Shown here piece after piece: positions 38,786 through 52,062 of a stretch of DNA of 54,731 bases. Under the pieces are notes generated by a model. That model was not told where the DNA came from and did no database searches. It saw only the letters and a list, made by a program, of their open reading frames with translations. The stretch is from Intoshia linei (Eukaryota; Animalia; Orthonectida). The position numbers and the translations under genes were made by a program. Every line of letters starts with the position of its first letter. The first letter of the stretch is position 1. The stretch covers positions 1 through 54,731 of the forward strand of contig LWCA01000102.1 in assembly GCA_001642005.1 (NCBI GenBank), written 5' to 3'.

Positions 38786-41700
38786 TTATGTTTGTACTTT
38801 TTGATTTACAGTGTTGCATATGGTTTTTATATTGTTTGTCAAATCTGTTTCAACGTTATTTTCTAGAGAAATTACACTTTCTGGTCCAAAATAATTTAAA
38901 GCATCGTCCAGGATTACTTGAAATATTTCTGATTCAATGTTGTTTTTTAGTTTCTTGTCGGAATACTTTCTAAATATAACTAATGTATATTTTATCCTTA
39001 CTTATATAGAGTAAAAGTTGATAAAATGTGTCTGTGTAGTCATTTATTTACTGATGCTCGCAGAAATTTCAAAAATAAAAATATCACACTTCTTTCTGGT
39101 GCCAAAAGCAAAATAAATTTTTTAACTCGAAAATTAGCACCTTCACGGTCAAAACCAAAGTTAGCTTTTTTAAATGAAAAAATCAAGTCAAATCAAAAAA
39201 TAAAATAATCCTAGAATGTAAAGAAGTCACCGCTAGTAGTTACTTCCAGATACCACAATTTTTTTTTCAATCTCACAGAGTCATGGCTTCACTGTCAAAA
39301 AAGAAATATCAAAAAAATAATGGATCGCAGTTTGGTATTCATAGATATAGTTCAACTGATCAAAAATAATTTAAAAAATTTTTTTGAAAATATTTCAAAT
39401 AAAAATATATTATAATTATTAAATATTATACTATCCTATTGTTTTTAATTTTGTCTAGTAATTTCATTTAGTGTCTGTGAAAAATTTTATAGTAAATTAA
39501 AGGTCCGCAGTGAATTTGTTTGTCGTAGTATGATACAAAAAACTATCAAATGTTAATTAATCAACATTAATAATATTAGTAACCTGATGTATGCTAATTT
39601 TTATAAATTTTTATATACAAAAATAACCTTTCGACTAATCGATCATACAAAACCTCATTGGACGTAGTAAGACAGAAAATATATTTAAACATATCTTTGG
39701 GAAAAATTTCACAATCGTGATGATCAATTATAATTCCTTTATCACATGTGTCCAACACTTTTTTCATTTTGGAAGCCATCTAAAATATAATATTTTTAAA
39801 AAAATTTTTGCAATCAAAAATGTAGTTAAAAGATTGTCTAGCACAATGGTTCACAAGGATCCCGCTAGACTTTAGCGGGATCCCATAAAATAATTTAAAA
39901 ATTGTTAATTATTTCATATTTTCGTGTAACTTTTTAATGTAATATTTAATATAATTTATTCATTCATACAATCATCTAAAAATTTTGTATTCGCCCTTGG
40001 AGTGACCAATCACCCTATCAGATTAACTGATGTGTACCCATGGTGACAAGGATTGGAAATAGTGATGGGTTGATTCCAAATTGGAACTTCCAGTTCATAA
40101 ATGTTAATACAATCTCTGATCCAATGTTGTTCAACATTACAACTACACTTGAAAAAATCAGACTTGCGTATAAATTTTTAAAAATTAACTTGAACCCACC
40201 CAGAGATTGCAAATGAAGTGAAAATAATATTTTTAATGGTCCATAATAAAGTTCTGCAAGTGCCAGAAAAAAGAACAATATGAATTACATGTTATGTTTA
40301 AATTTTGTTAAACATTGCTACTGAATGACTTAAAAATTTTGTTACTCATTTAAAGTGATCGTTTCGGATCAAGTTGAAAAAAATGTTTAAAAATTTTATT
40401 CGGACCATACTGTAGAAATCTAGCCGATAATATGGACTCTATGAGAAAAAAAGATAATACTGATACAATTCTGAAAACTTAATACATGTCGCACAATGTG
40501 TGTTTACAATTTATATCAAAATAATAATAAAAAATAAATAGTTTGAAAATATTAAATTACCAACTTTTCATCAATTATATGACAATCTAGATCAGAATCA
40601 TATTCAATGAAACATTCATTTTCTCTGGCAAAATCACCAATATTAATATACTTGAGAGATAATTTTACAGCTAAAATTCGACCCAATCTCGTTTTTCCCG
40701 TACCAGGTGTACCTAATAAAAATTATAAATAAGACAAATTATTTATAATAATAAAAATAATAGACAACACAACTACATGTTTTGTATATTTTTTGTTTTA
40801 ATGTTTTTCTGTCTCGATTAACTAATCAATGATAGTATATTTGTATATTAAAATATTCCTCAATAGTGTTAAAAAGCCAATAAATAATTTTTGACACGTC
40901 AATACTAACGACTGTTAATCGACATAGTAATTTGATGTCATAAGACATATAGGAGTTGCAATTTTGTTTAACATTCTAAGACTCTTTACATTTTTTAAAA
41001 AAAGGGTCCATTGGGTTTAAATGGTGAAAATATACTTGTCTGAGGTTTCGATTTATGATAATGCTTATGATTTAAAAACTATCCCAGAATATATGTTTTA
41101 TAAAATTCTAGGACTGATTTTATTTTTCTAAAAAAAGGAAATTTGGTTTTCGACACTGAAGCACTCAATTTCTGAAAATGAAATTTTCGATAAAACAGCA
41201 CTCGTGAAAAACAGTACAGAGTGGTGCATTAGAAATTACATTTTTTAAAGTTCCAGGACTTAATTTTTTAAATAAACGGTAACACATTCAATTCTATATA
41301 AGTACAGTAGATGCTCGAAAAGTGACCACTTCCCAAAAGTGAGTATTTTTTTAGATGATATAATAAATCTATATTAATGCTACACTGTAATTTTAAAAGT
41401 GACGACTAAATATCAAATAGAAACTACAGTACCCCGAAATAATATCATTTTCCCAAATTTTTTTCATGGTATTCAACTGTTCTGTGTCTCAAATATAAAC
41501 TGTACAGTCCAAATTTCTTGATAGATTGCTAGGGCCTATTTTTTAGTTACAAGAAGTCTAGAGGTGAATTAGATTTAGCTCTGATGTCAATGGTTGGCTA
41601 TTTAATAAATTTACATTCTTATAATCCAAGGTCGGCAACCAGCGGCCCGCGGGCCAAAAGTGCCCACATAATAATTTTAGTGTCCCTACTAGTAAATATG

Positions 41701-42788
41701 CAAATTATTTATTTTTAAATTTTTCAACTTTTAAACATATTTTACTATAATTATAATCATTTAAACCGGCCTATATTTTGTACATTTCATAATGTTAAAT
41801 ATAACCACTTCCATAAATTGATATTGATATGGTAATTTTAACGTTAGCGGTAAAAGTGACCACCTCATCAAAGTGGTAAATTTCGAGAATTTACTGTAAA
41901 AGATTTATATAGAATTTTATTATTCAGGACGGTAAAAGTAAAACCATTTTATCTAATCATCAAAATAATCAAATCAAATAAACATCTAATTAAAATTTTC
42001 TAAACGGAACGTGGAAATATTGTAAACCATGATAAGCAATCATTTTCAACAGCCAAAATGAAATTAATATAATTGTTAGAGCGTGTTTGATTAATACGTG
42101 TCATAACTGTCATAAATTTATTTTATTTTCATCTATAACCAGAGGGCTACTTTTAATTGACTTTTGGGTCACCAATGGACACCACTGAATTATTCTAAAA
42201 GTCATACTAGGGTAGTTTTTTTAACTTATAAAAAAAGTGTTTGTAAATTGATTAACCTATAAAAATGAATAGTTGGTTCATAAGTTATGAGTCGTAACTA
42301 TAATCAGAGTTGTTCAAATGAATTATTTAAAGTGAATGTTTTCTTTTATTGGATAGTACAGGTAAATAGATTCATCTTTTATTAAAGTTTAATTTCAATG
42401 TACCCCTTTGTCGATAGTATACTTATGCAACTCTTGACGTAATAACTCAGTTGTCAATATTGCAAAAACAGATAGTCAAAATCTCATTTAACGAATATTT
42501 CATTTAACCAACGTTGAAAATTGATAAACTCTGTTAATATTATGAGTCAATATAAATAAATTGATCGTAATCTATGGTTATTTTTACATTTCTAATATTT
42601 TCGTTAAATGAAATTTTGACTGTAATACAAAAAAAATAATTTGATTGAATGCTAACAAAACAATAAAAAATAAAAACAAATTATGAAAACCTGTTAATAG
42701 AATAAACAAATAAAATTACCTAAAGTTGTAAACAAATGTTAATAAAATAAAATAAACCAGTAATTAAAATATTAATTTTTTGGTCCAT
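38786..42788 (-). CDS. AK6: Adenylate kinase 6 / Fap7 / CINAP (exons 42758-42788, 40561-40712, 39628-39779, 38786-38969)
   Basis: MDQKINILITGTPGTGKT P-loop, EYDSDLDCHIIDE, IIIDHHDCEIFP, LYDRLVERKYSDKKLKNNIESEIFQVILDDA; GT-AG phases consistent. Confidence 0.95.
38995..39236 (+). mobile_element. Short Helitron-like insertion in AK6 intron 3
   Basis: Begins A|TCCTTACTTATA like the other family copies and ends CTAG|T; no clear subterminal hairpin. Confidence 0.45.
41305..41896. mobile_element. pogo/Tigger-type MITE with a nested hAT end fragment (~41627-41660), in AK6 intron 1
   Basis: TA-flanked imperfect TIRs CAGTAGATGCTCGAAAAGTGACCAC ... GTGGTAAATTTCGAGAATTTACTG; internal GGTCGGCAACCAGCGGCCCGCGGGCC is a Charlie-type hAT terminus. 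Confidence 0.7.
42474..42622. mobile_element. Small pogo-type MITE
   Basis: AGTCAAAATCTCATTTAACGAA ... TTCGTTAAATGAAATTTTGACTG|TA inverted ends. Confidence 0.65.
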
Positions 42789-43070
42789 ATCGATGATAAT
42801 GCAATAAATAAAAGTAAGTAAAAAAATAACGTGCTACTTTTGAAAATAACAAATAAATGAAAATGAATACATTTTCAATTTAAAAAATTGCGCTATTCAA
42901 AAATAATATTGTATCTAGTAGCAAATAAAAGTAAATTAATTATAAAGTTTTGTTTTAATTTGAATATCTGAAAAAAAATTAACTGCATAGGTCAGTACAT
43001 TTATATATTTTATACAATTTTAAATTTGAACTGGTAAATTTCAATCAATTTCAATTTCAAAATAAATTTA

Positions 43071-46000
43071 ATGAGAAAACGTGAAAAAAGCATAAATTGT
43101 GGACTAAGCAAAAAAACACGTCGTCAATTGGAAGGAGTAAAAAGAAGACGAAAAGAACGAAGCGATCGATCAAACGTGTTGAATAGATTAGAACATAATA
43201 AAATAAGCGATAAAGAATTTTCAGAATATAAATCTTTTTTTTCTACACCAAAATCCAATGAAAAAATGTCGATTAAATTACAAACCAAAGAAAATGTCAA
43301 TAATTTAAAAGGGATTGAGAGAATTGATAAATATGCTGAAAAAATGGCACGATTACGTCAAGAAATTGATGACAACCTTTTAAATGAAACCAAATCAAAT
43401 TCTGATCCTGACTCTGAATCTTTATCAATTGTAGATTCAGAATCTGAACTTGCATTACAAGGTAAAAATAATGTTTCAAAATTGGAAAATTTAATTTCAC
43501 CCGAAAAAACACGTGAAAACAAAAATTTAAATAAAAGTGTAAAGCTTTCAACACTATCCGAAAATGAGTCACAAATTAAATTAAAAAATGGCGAATATTT
43601 ACAAAAAGAATGTGACACTATTGAAAGTAGTAATAAAATAATAAATGGTGAAAATCAAAAAATTGATCCAACCGAAAATGTTAACAATTTAAAAATGGAA
43701 TTGGACGAAAATTTAAATTTCATAAATTCTTTAAAAAAAATTAACATTTTACGGGATCCAATTAACGAGAAACGGCGATTAGAATTGCCAGTATTGCAAC
43801 ACGAATTTGAAATTGTTGATTTGATTTATAGACATGATATTGTAGTGATATCGGGATCGACAGGTTCCGGTAAAACAACTCAACTTCCACAATTTCTTTA
43901 TGAGGCTGGATTTACGTCCCATGGTAAAATTATTGGTATTACTGAACCTAGAAGAATTGCGGCAGTCAACATGTGTAGACGAGTTTTGAATGAAATGAGT
44001 ACAAATCAACATCATGATACATTACACGTAATTTCAAAAAAATCAAAATTGGTGGGTTATAAAATTAGATTTGATTCTTCGAAAAACGTTAATACCAAAA
44101 TTTTATTCATGACGGATGGAATTTTATTGAAAGAAATGCAATATGATTTTTTGCTTGAAAAGTTTTCTGTAATTATCATAGATGAAGCTCACGAACGAAC
44201 CATCAATACGGACTTGTTGATTGGGTTTTTGGTAAAAATTGTCAAACTGAGACGAAAACGAAATATCCCATTAAAGGTCATCATCATGTCGGCAACTTTG
44301 CATTTAAATGAATTAATGTCGTGTAATTTAATTTTTCCTCAAAAAAATGATCAAATGGATGAATTGCCCATTTTTGAAATTAAGAGTAATTTATTCCCGG
44401 TTCAAGTACACTTTCACACTGTCACCATTGAAAATTATCTTGTTGCAGCGTTTGATCAAGTTTGTCAAATAAATGAAGATTTTTACGGAACCAATGGACA
44501 TGTTTTAATTTTTGTTACTGGTCGACGTGAAATTGATTTTTTAACAAACAAAATCAACAAGGAACTTTGTTCTGAAAATTTACTAGCATTACCACTTTAC
44601 GCTTCATTACAACAAACTAAACAAGATAAAATCTTTAAAATGTCAAATTCCAAAAATAAAAGATTATGTGTCGTTGCAACTAATGTAGCTGAAACTTCAA
44701 TTACTATTAATAATGTAAAATTTATTATTGACACTGGAAAAGTCAAAGAAAAAGTTTACAATAAAATTAGTGGGATTTCTCATTTTTCAGTTAATTGGAT
44801 ATCTAAGGCTTCAGCATTACAACGCACTGGTCGAGCTGGAAGAACATGTCCCGGGATATGTTTTCGTTTATACTCTTCGTCTGTCTTTGAAAATGATTTT
44901 AAGGATTTTACTGTACCACAAATTTTGTCGGTTCAAATTGATGAACTTGTTTTATATTTAAAATCTCTCAATATTTTGCACGTCGATAAATTTCCATTCG
45001 TTACTGCTCCAGATCGTGTTGCAATTAAAAATTCTGAAAAACGACTTGGAGCTATTGGTGCTTTAGATAAATGCAAAAATTTTTGGCAGCTCAATAGTGT
45101 GTATAAAATTTCTAATGTTGGAATCAATATTATCAAGATACCAATTTTGCCTGCTTATGCTAGAATTATTTATGAATCTATTGGTCATAATTTAGTTCCA
45201 CAGGTTTTGGTTATTATTGGATCTATTGTGGTTGATAATTTTTTTGAACCGTATCCTATGACGTTTAATGATGATTCAGAGGAAAAGCAGGTACTTTCTA
45301 TAGCATTTTAAATTTTTAAATTTAATTTTAGAAATTGGTTAAGGAAATGCGATTAAATATTATCAAAAATCAGAAAAATTTAATGGGAAAGGTATATTTA
45401 TATTTTTTTATGTAGCTTGATTGTATTCTGTACAGAGTTAGCTTTGTAGAGGGTGAACGTTTTTTATATTTCCCGGGAATGTAATTTTGATTTATCCGAT
45501 TTATAAGGATAATTTGAGGTTTTGATCATGAATATGTATGTTCGTGATGCTCAGATTTACGACAATGACTTTCCATAATGTTTGTTTAAATTTTAGGCTT
45601 GATTTTATTTAAGGATAAATTTCATGGTTAAGTCGTAAATGTACAAAAAAAAGACTTAAAAACCCCTTTAAAATATGGTTTATAAAAATTTCTAAAAAAA
45701 CCACTTCTTAAAGTAAATTAATTAATTATAAATGAAAGATTTACACATTCTATGCAACATATATAAATGACTAATTTGTAAAATGTAAACTGAATACAAT
45801 GACGCTTGTGAGTTTCACAAATTTTAAATGTTTAGAAGTATTCGGAAAAAGATTTTTCCTACATAGTTTCTATGATTTTGGTTTTTAATCTTGTGGTTGG
45901 ATTAAGAGTTTTTTTACGTTAGGTTTGGTTAAATCGAAGTTTCCAAAAAATGTGGGAAAAGAGATTTTACATTTACTTAATACTTGAGGTTGGATTAAAA

Positions 46001-49000
46001 ATGTTTTTTCTCACAAGGTTTTTAGTAAAATTGTAAGAAGGGGATTTTTACATAAAGAGCTTAAACAGGTATTTTTTAATTTTGATGCCAATAAAACCAG
46101 AAATGCTGGTAACACCTTTGGCGATACTGCATCAGTACTGAAAAAATGTATTAGAAATTGGGTTTTTTTTATTTTAGAACTGTTAATTTTTTATATAAAC
46201 GGTAACACAGGCATTCAATTTTGTATAAGTATTTTCAGTAAGGACCCACCAAATATAAAATGTTATTTGCTTGAGCGCCAACATTTTTAAATTATTTCCA
46301 AATGCGCACTAATAGAAAAAAGGTTGAAAAAAAGAGATACACTTAATTAGGGTAATGAACTGACTGTCTTCCTTCTAATTTATGTGCGGATATTGACATT
46401 GATGAATTATTTTCTAAAAATTTTATCTAATTTCGTCGAGTTGAAAACTGAAATGGCTGACCTTTAATAAATACTGTTTTAGATTTATTTTATGATTTTA
46501 ATTTAAAATTTAAATGTATTTTTAGGAATATAATAGATATTTGTTTGGTGATTTTTATCGGTATTTGCATATTTTTTCTTTGATTTACCAAGAAAATTCC
46601 AACAGAAACGAAATCTGTAAAAAATATGGTGTCCGAGTTAAAGCTATAAATGAATTATTTACGTTTTATGAAAATTTTATTTTGATTGGTAAGTGATTTT
46701 TTATATTTCAGTGTTTTCCAATTCAAAATTTGAGTCGTTAATAAATTTAAAAATTTATCAATTGGATAACGCTCATTTATGGTCAATATATTATTAACAT
46801 TGTAAATTTATTTACTATTTATTTTTATAGTTGGATCGAATTTTGAAGTTAATAATATGCAATTTTATTTACCAAATAATGAGGAATGCTTAATTTTACG
46901 AAAAATCATGTTGTGCGGCTTTCCTCAAAACGTGGTCAGAAGAAATAATGCTAATCCTTCCGGAAATTTTGCGTCAAATTTTAAAAATGTTTATGAGGTT
47001 ATTTTGCATTTCTTAATCACATATATAGAATAATGTCTAAATTAGTTTACTTTTGACTGATTTTTTATTTTTTTGTCTAGACACTACACTCTAGAGCAGT
47101 GGTTTTCAACTTTTTTGTGTTCGCAACCCCTTATAAACATAAAAAATTTTCGAGACCCAAAAATTTTCTATATTTTATTATTAATTACTAACTATTATTA
47201 ACTATTTACTAATTATATTTTATACTGTGTTCTAATTCTCACGACCCCGGTTGAAAACCACTGCTCTAGAGTCTAGAACAGTGATTCTTAGCCGGTGCGC
47301 AGCGGGGCACAGATATTTGAATTTATTTGAGTGTCATACTTTTACATTGACCAATGGTCAAGGACCATTATTTGATGAATATTTTTGGATTTACTATTTA
47401 ATACTGGAACTCCTCGTTAACAGAATAATTAGGTATGAAAAAAATATCATTCCGTTAACGAAGAGTTTTTTTATAAATAATATATACATTAAAACAGTTT
47501 TTTCCTATTAGGGTCAAAAATTATATGCCTGGGGGAGCGTGAGATTCAAATAAGATGTAGAAAAATTTGGATCAACTTTTGTTTATTTTTATAGGAGAAT
47601 TTAATATTTATTACTAGTTTTCTAAATGGTGATTATCCCGAAGCCTATACGACAGTTTATTATTATTTCAAAAATTTTACTTTTATCTTACCATTAATAA
47701 CATTCAATCAAAAATTTCATTTTAGGCTTTCTGGGAAAAATTGACTTTTACCTATATTTTTTTAAATACACGATTTTACCAAGTCAAACGAGAAAAACTT
47801 CTTATCCCAACCCCAAAATAAAACTACATTATTAATAACGCTTAAGGGAAATATCCTTTTTTTCAAATAGCATTTTGAAAAATCTGATTTTACTAAATCT
47901 TATCAGCAACAACTTCCTAATCTAAAACCCTCAATAAAAAAATCCTCTTTTTCCAATATTTCTTTGAAAAACACGATTTTACTAAATCTTATAATGAAAA
48001 AGATTTAATTTTTTCATTAATGTTTTATATTTCATGTTCCCCTTGGAGTCAAAAAAAATAAATATTTTAGTTTTGTAGTTTTACTGAGTTATTGGATGTT
48101 TTTGTAGTGAGTTGTACTTTGATGAGTTTTTTTTGTACTGAGTACTTTTAAGAATAAGCTTATTTTTAAAAATTATTAATTTTGCTAATCAGATTGGTTT
48201 TTCAATCAATGTATTGGAAAATTGCATTTAATAAATAATTAAATTATCAATACCTGCAACTAGTTAATCAGTTGAAAGATTATTTTCTGCGGTGGGGTTA
48301 TTCAAATCTATTCGTAGAATTATAATTACGGCAGAATTAATTTAAAAATACAATAAAAACTTTATTTCTACAAAAAGTAATTTATAACTAACTTTTTGTT
48401 AATAACAAATTTAATTATCTACTTTTAATGATACTAGTTTCTTATAAAATTCCGATATTATCTTCTTCTAAATATCAGTTATTTATTTATTGTAAATAAT
48501 ATAATTTATTTCCTTTTTCCATCTAAGATGAGAAACATTAATTTTATGTTTGAAATTTTTACGTTTTGTGAACGAAAACTGAAAATTCATCAAATTTTTA
48601 TAAGTACTTTTACTAAAATTTGAAAAAAAATAAATGCTGAGTTTTTAAAAAAAAAAATTTTGCGGAGTTTTACTGTACTGAGTTTCTAAAAAAACTAAGT
48701 TGAACACACTAGTCCGTATACTATTTGAACCGGGAACCACTGCATTAAAACCATGAAACAATTTTGATTTTTATTTCACTTAACCTATATTTGCAGGTCA
48801 TTTCATTGAATTAATTTATATTTGTTATATGTTTACTTTTGTGTGCCAGTAAGACAGCTGATATTTAATTTTTAGATGGAAATGAACAAAAACGTTAACA
48901 TTCATCCATCATCCTGTACATTTAATCAGAATTTTGAATACATTCTATATTCAAAGATCGATGAAACTTCAAAATTGTATATAAAAGGTTTCTTTTAATT

Positions 49001-49750
49001 GATTGAACATTTTTGTCATATTTAACATTATAATTTATCAAATTTCATCCAATACTGTTGGGTAAATTTTCGATTTGAATATTAAAAAGGTTGAAATTCG
49101 ATATAAGGGTCTTGTTATAAGGGTCATTTTATTAACCATTTTTTGTTCTAGATATTATATGTATTGACCCTTCATGGATTCCTATTTACGCCGTCAACGT
49201 ATGCAAAATTGTTGAAAATAGCAATCAGAAGCCGTATTGGTGTAAAGAAAAACAAGACGTGTACATTAGGGTTCCATCGACATATGGTAACTATCAAAGT
49301 TTAATTTAATTTACATTTATAATTTAGGAAATAACAATTGGAAACTACCTATCGTTAGTATTAAATACCCCCTCAACATGGAACGTTATAGATGGCTAGG
49401 ATATTACCTTTTGAATGGACTAGTTTTTTCTGAATTAACTACATTTGTTAATAAATTGATTCTATTACCAATTTACCTTACCCAACCTTTCAAAAAGTAA
49501 TTTTATAATGATTTCTGTAATTTGAAAAAATTAGAATCGACGACAAATATGTAAATTTTTTACGTAAACTAATTGATGACGAAATAAATTCTAAATTAAA
49601 ACTTGAAATGAAATGGAAAACTGATCCAATTTGTATTTATAGCATTATCTATATTATCAACACTATTTAGATTTGCTTGATGATTATATAGTATGGTTCT
49701 CTTCAGATGTCTACACTGAAATTAAAAAAATGTGGCCACCCCAAATGTGA
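43071..49750 (+). CDS. DHX37: DEAH-box RNA helicase DHX37/Dhr1/kurz, multi-exon
   Basis: RLELPV, GSTGSGKTTQLPQFLYEAGF, ITEPRR, DEAHER, MSAT, ATNVAETSITI, QRTGRAGR. Later exons (~46528-49750) include VNIHPSS, RYRWLGYYLLNG and terminal KKMWPPQM*, matching the DHX37 C-terminus. Confidence 0.92.
47097..47263. mobile_element. 167-bp hAT MITE in DHX37 intron
   Basis: Perfect TIRs CAGTGGTTTTCAAC ... GTTGAAAACCACTG; perfect 8-bp TSD CTCTAGAG. Confidence 0.92.
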
Positions 49751-49896
49751 TTATTATAAATAAAATGTTCTTGTATATTATAGCTTGCAGTATGTCATTA
49801 ATTAGTTCATGTCTTGATATAAACAGTTTTAATTTTATTGGGTATCCTATTTCATGATTGGTATAATCAGTGATCACATATGTTTAGTTTATCGTA

Positions 49897-51628
49897 ATGA
49901 TGTCTTTCTATTCAGAGGTTGTTAAAAAAGGAAGAAATGTAAATGAGATTAAACCTCTCACAATATGTTATTGGAAGGAATTTATGAATAACCCTTCTAT
50001 CATGTACAATTTGTTTCAAAATCTACCCAAAAATTTACGTTATGACTCTGAAAAGGTGAAGGTTATTGGCACTCCGCAGCTCATGATTAAGTAGTTTTAT
50101 TATATTTGTGTATATTTGAAATTTCAGCGAAATATTTGTAACAAACACTCAGGATTTGGATAGAATTAAAGAAAACCTGATTGGCCTACCTATACTAATG
50201 AAGATTTGGGTTAAATTGGATATACATTCGTATTCGCCCGTTGAAATGGAAAGTAATTGAAAAATTAATTTTAATTTATTGTGTTAGCTGATTTGGCACT
50301 ATTGATTGACACTTCGCATCCATATATACAGTGTGATATGGAAAAAGGTCTGAAAGAAATAAAAACGTGCATACAAAAGGGGGAAAAAATTTGCCTGACG
50401 GTATTTATTAGTTGAATGCATGGCCTGTATTAAAAATAAAAATAATGTGCTTTTGAAATTATATTAAGATTATTGTAGATTAATTTCGAACAATCCATTG
50501 ATAAATGGGCTAAATTGGTTTCACCAATCACTTGTTGCACGTTTACTAATTTTAAACAACATCGAGCCAAATTATTCATTACAAATTATACCAAACCTTC
50601 TCAATTTTATCAAAATGTTGTCATTTGGAACTTGATCAACCCAATTTGGTTAATAACGTATCCTTTTTATAAAGTAATTATTTTTTCTCATTCGTTAAAC
50701 ATTTTATAACGCCGTTTCCACAGTTTGAAATGTACTAGCTTTAATTTAATTAATATAGTTTTCTGGCCACTGAAGGTTAGTGTACAATTTACAATAGGGC
50801 TATTCCATTTTGGACTTTTTTTAAAATGTAAAAAAGACATCCTATACTTGTATAAAATTGAATGTATGTGCGAGTTACCGTATATTTAAAATATCAATAG
50901 TCTTAAAATTAAAAAACCCAATTTCTAGTACAGTTTTTTGCAGGTAATGTTTATATCATGTTCATTTTCCGAAATTAAGTCCTTCTGGGTGAAAAACCCA
51001 ATTTGCCCTTTTTTTTTTAAATAAAATCAGTCCAAAAATTAATAAAAATATAAAACCGAAATGCATTTTAAAATAATTAATATTCTCATAAATCTCAGCC
51101 TCAGAAACGTACATTTTTATAGTGAAAACCACAAATTACCCTCTTTTTAAAAATTAAAAAAATCTAAATAAAACAGACGTTTTTTTTGAAAAATACGAAA
51201 ATGTGGTTTTTTTTAACTAAAATGAATGTATATTATTCCGATACAAATTAAATGGGAAACATTACCTATGCACGCCTTTTTTACATTTCAAAAAGGTCGA
51301 AAATGGAATAACCCTAATGTGTATTATACAATGTAGCCAATAGGTTACCTAACAGTGACCTACCTACCACTAAAAATATTGTTAGGCTGACACTTCCAGT
51401 ATAATATTATGAATCGAATTTTTGGGTGGGTTCAATAGACTACGCTGTTTTATAAATTTTTATAATTTTGAACTATTAAATTTACGTTAAATATTTAGTT
51501 TCATATTAGTTTAAATTTTTTAGTTGTTTAGAAAAATTCGATGCAAGGATGTTGTCATAAAACCTAAAGCTAAAATAGTCAGACGATTTTTTTTCATGGA
51601 AGATCGTATTGTTGAAACTTTTAAATAA
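49897..51628 (+). CDS. Hypothetical protein (5 exons: ~49897-50090, 50128-50251, 50288-50400, 50479-50673, 51524-51628)
   Basis: Open frame kept across four GT-AG introns, ending ...NPIWLITYPFYK|LFRKIRCKDVVIKPKAKIVRRFFFMEDRIVETFK*. No family recognised; start uncertain. Confidence 0.7.
50795..51316. mobile_element. TAGGG-ended hAT-like MITE containing a Helitron-family fragment
   Basis: TAGGGCTATTCCATTTT ... AAAATGGAATAACCCTA inverted ends; TSD not preserved. Confidence 0.6.
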
Positions 51629-51899
51629 TGTTTAAATCTAAATTTGTAAAACTTTTATTAAAAATAAGCAAGTGTACATTTTTAATTTTTTAATATTCTT
51701 TAACGTCGGTAGTTATTTGTTCATTAATACCTAGAATTAATATTTACCTTTTTCTGATATTATAAATGTGGCCAGTATTTGATCATTATAATCAGGGGTT
51801 GGAATTCATTGATTGGATACCAAATCAATTATTATTTTCATCAATGAGTTAATTGCTTAAATCTCATAGGAATTTATGCTATTTATGACAATTTGTAGG

Positions 51900-52062
51900 A
51901 TTGGACTGTTTTTACTTTATTTTTAATATTATACACACATTCTGTCTAATAAAATTGGACTGTTTTTACTTTATTTTTAATATTATACACACATTCTGTC
52001 TAATAAAATTAAAAAGTTTTAACTTTATTTTTAATATTATACACACATTCTGTCTAATAAAT
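51900..52062. repeat. Tandem repeat, ~54-bp unit, about 3 copies
   Basis: TTGGACTGTTTTTACTTTATTTTTAATATTATACACACATTCTGTCTAATAAAA twice plus a third degenerate copy. Confidence 0.9.

Noticed and set aside
39985-40470. Coding-like stretch and ORF 40018-40278 in AK6 intron 2
   Set aside because: Interrupted frames and no motif I can recognise; probably a TE remnant.
35585-45136. Antisense ORFs opposite ERCC6 and DHX37 (also 6588-6839, 9891-10073, 16634-17095, 31641-31919)
   Set aside because: Shadow frames of real coding exons, with no motifs of their own.
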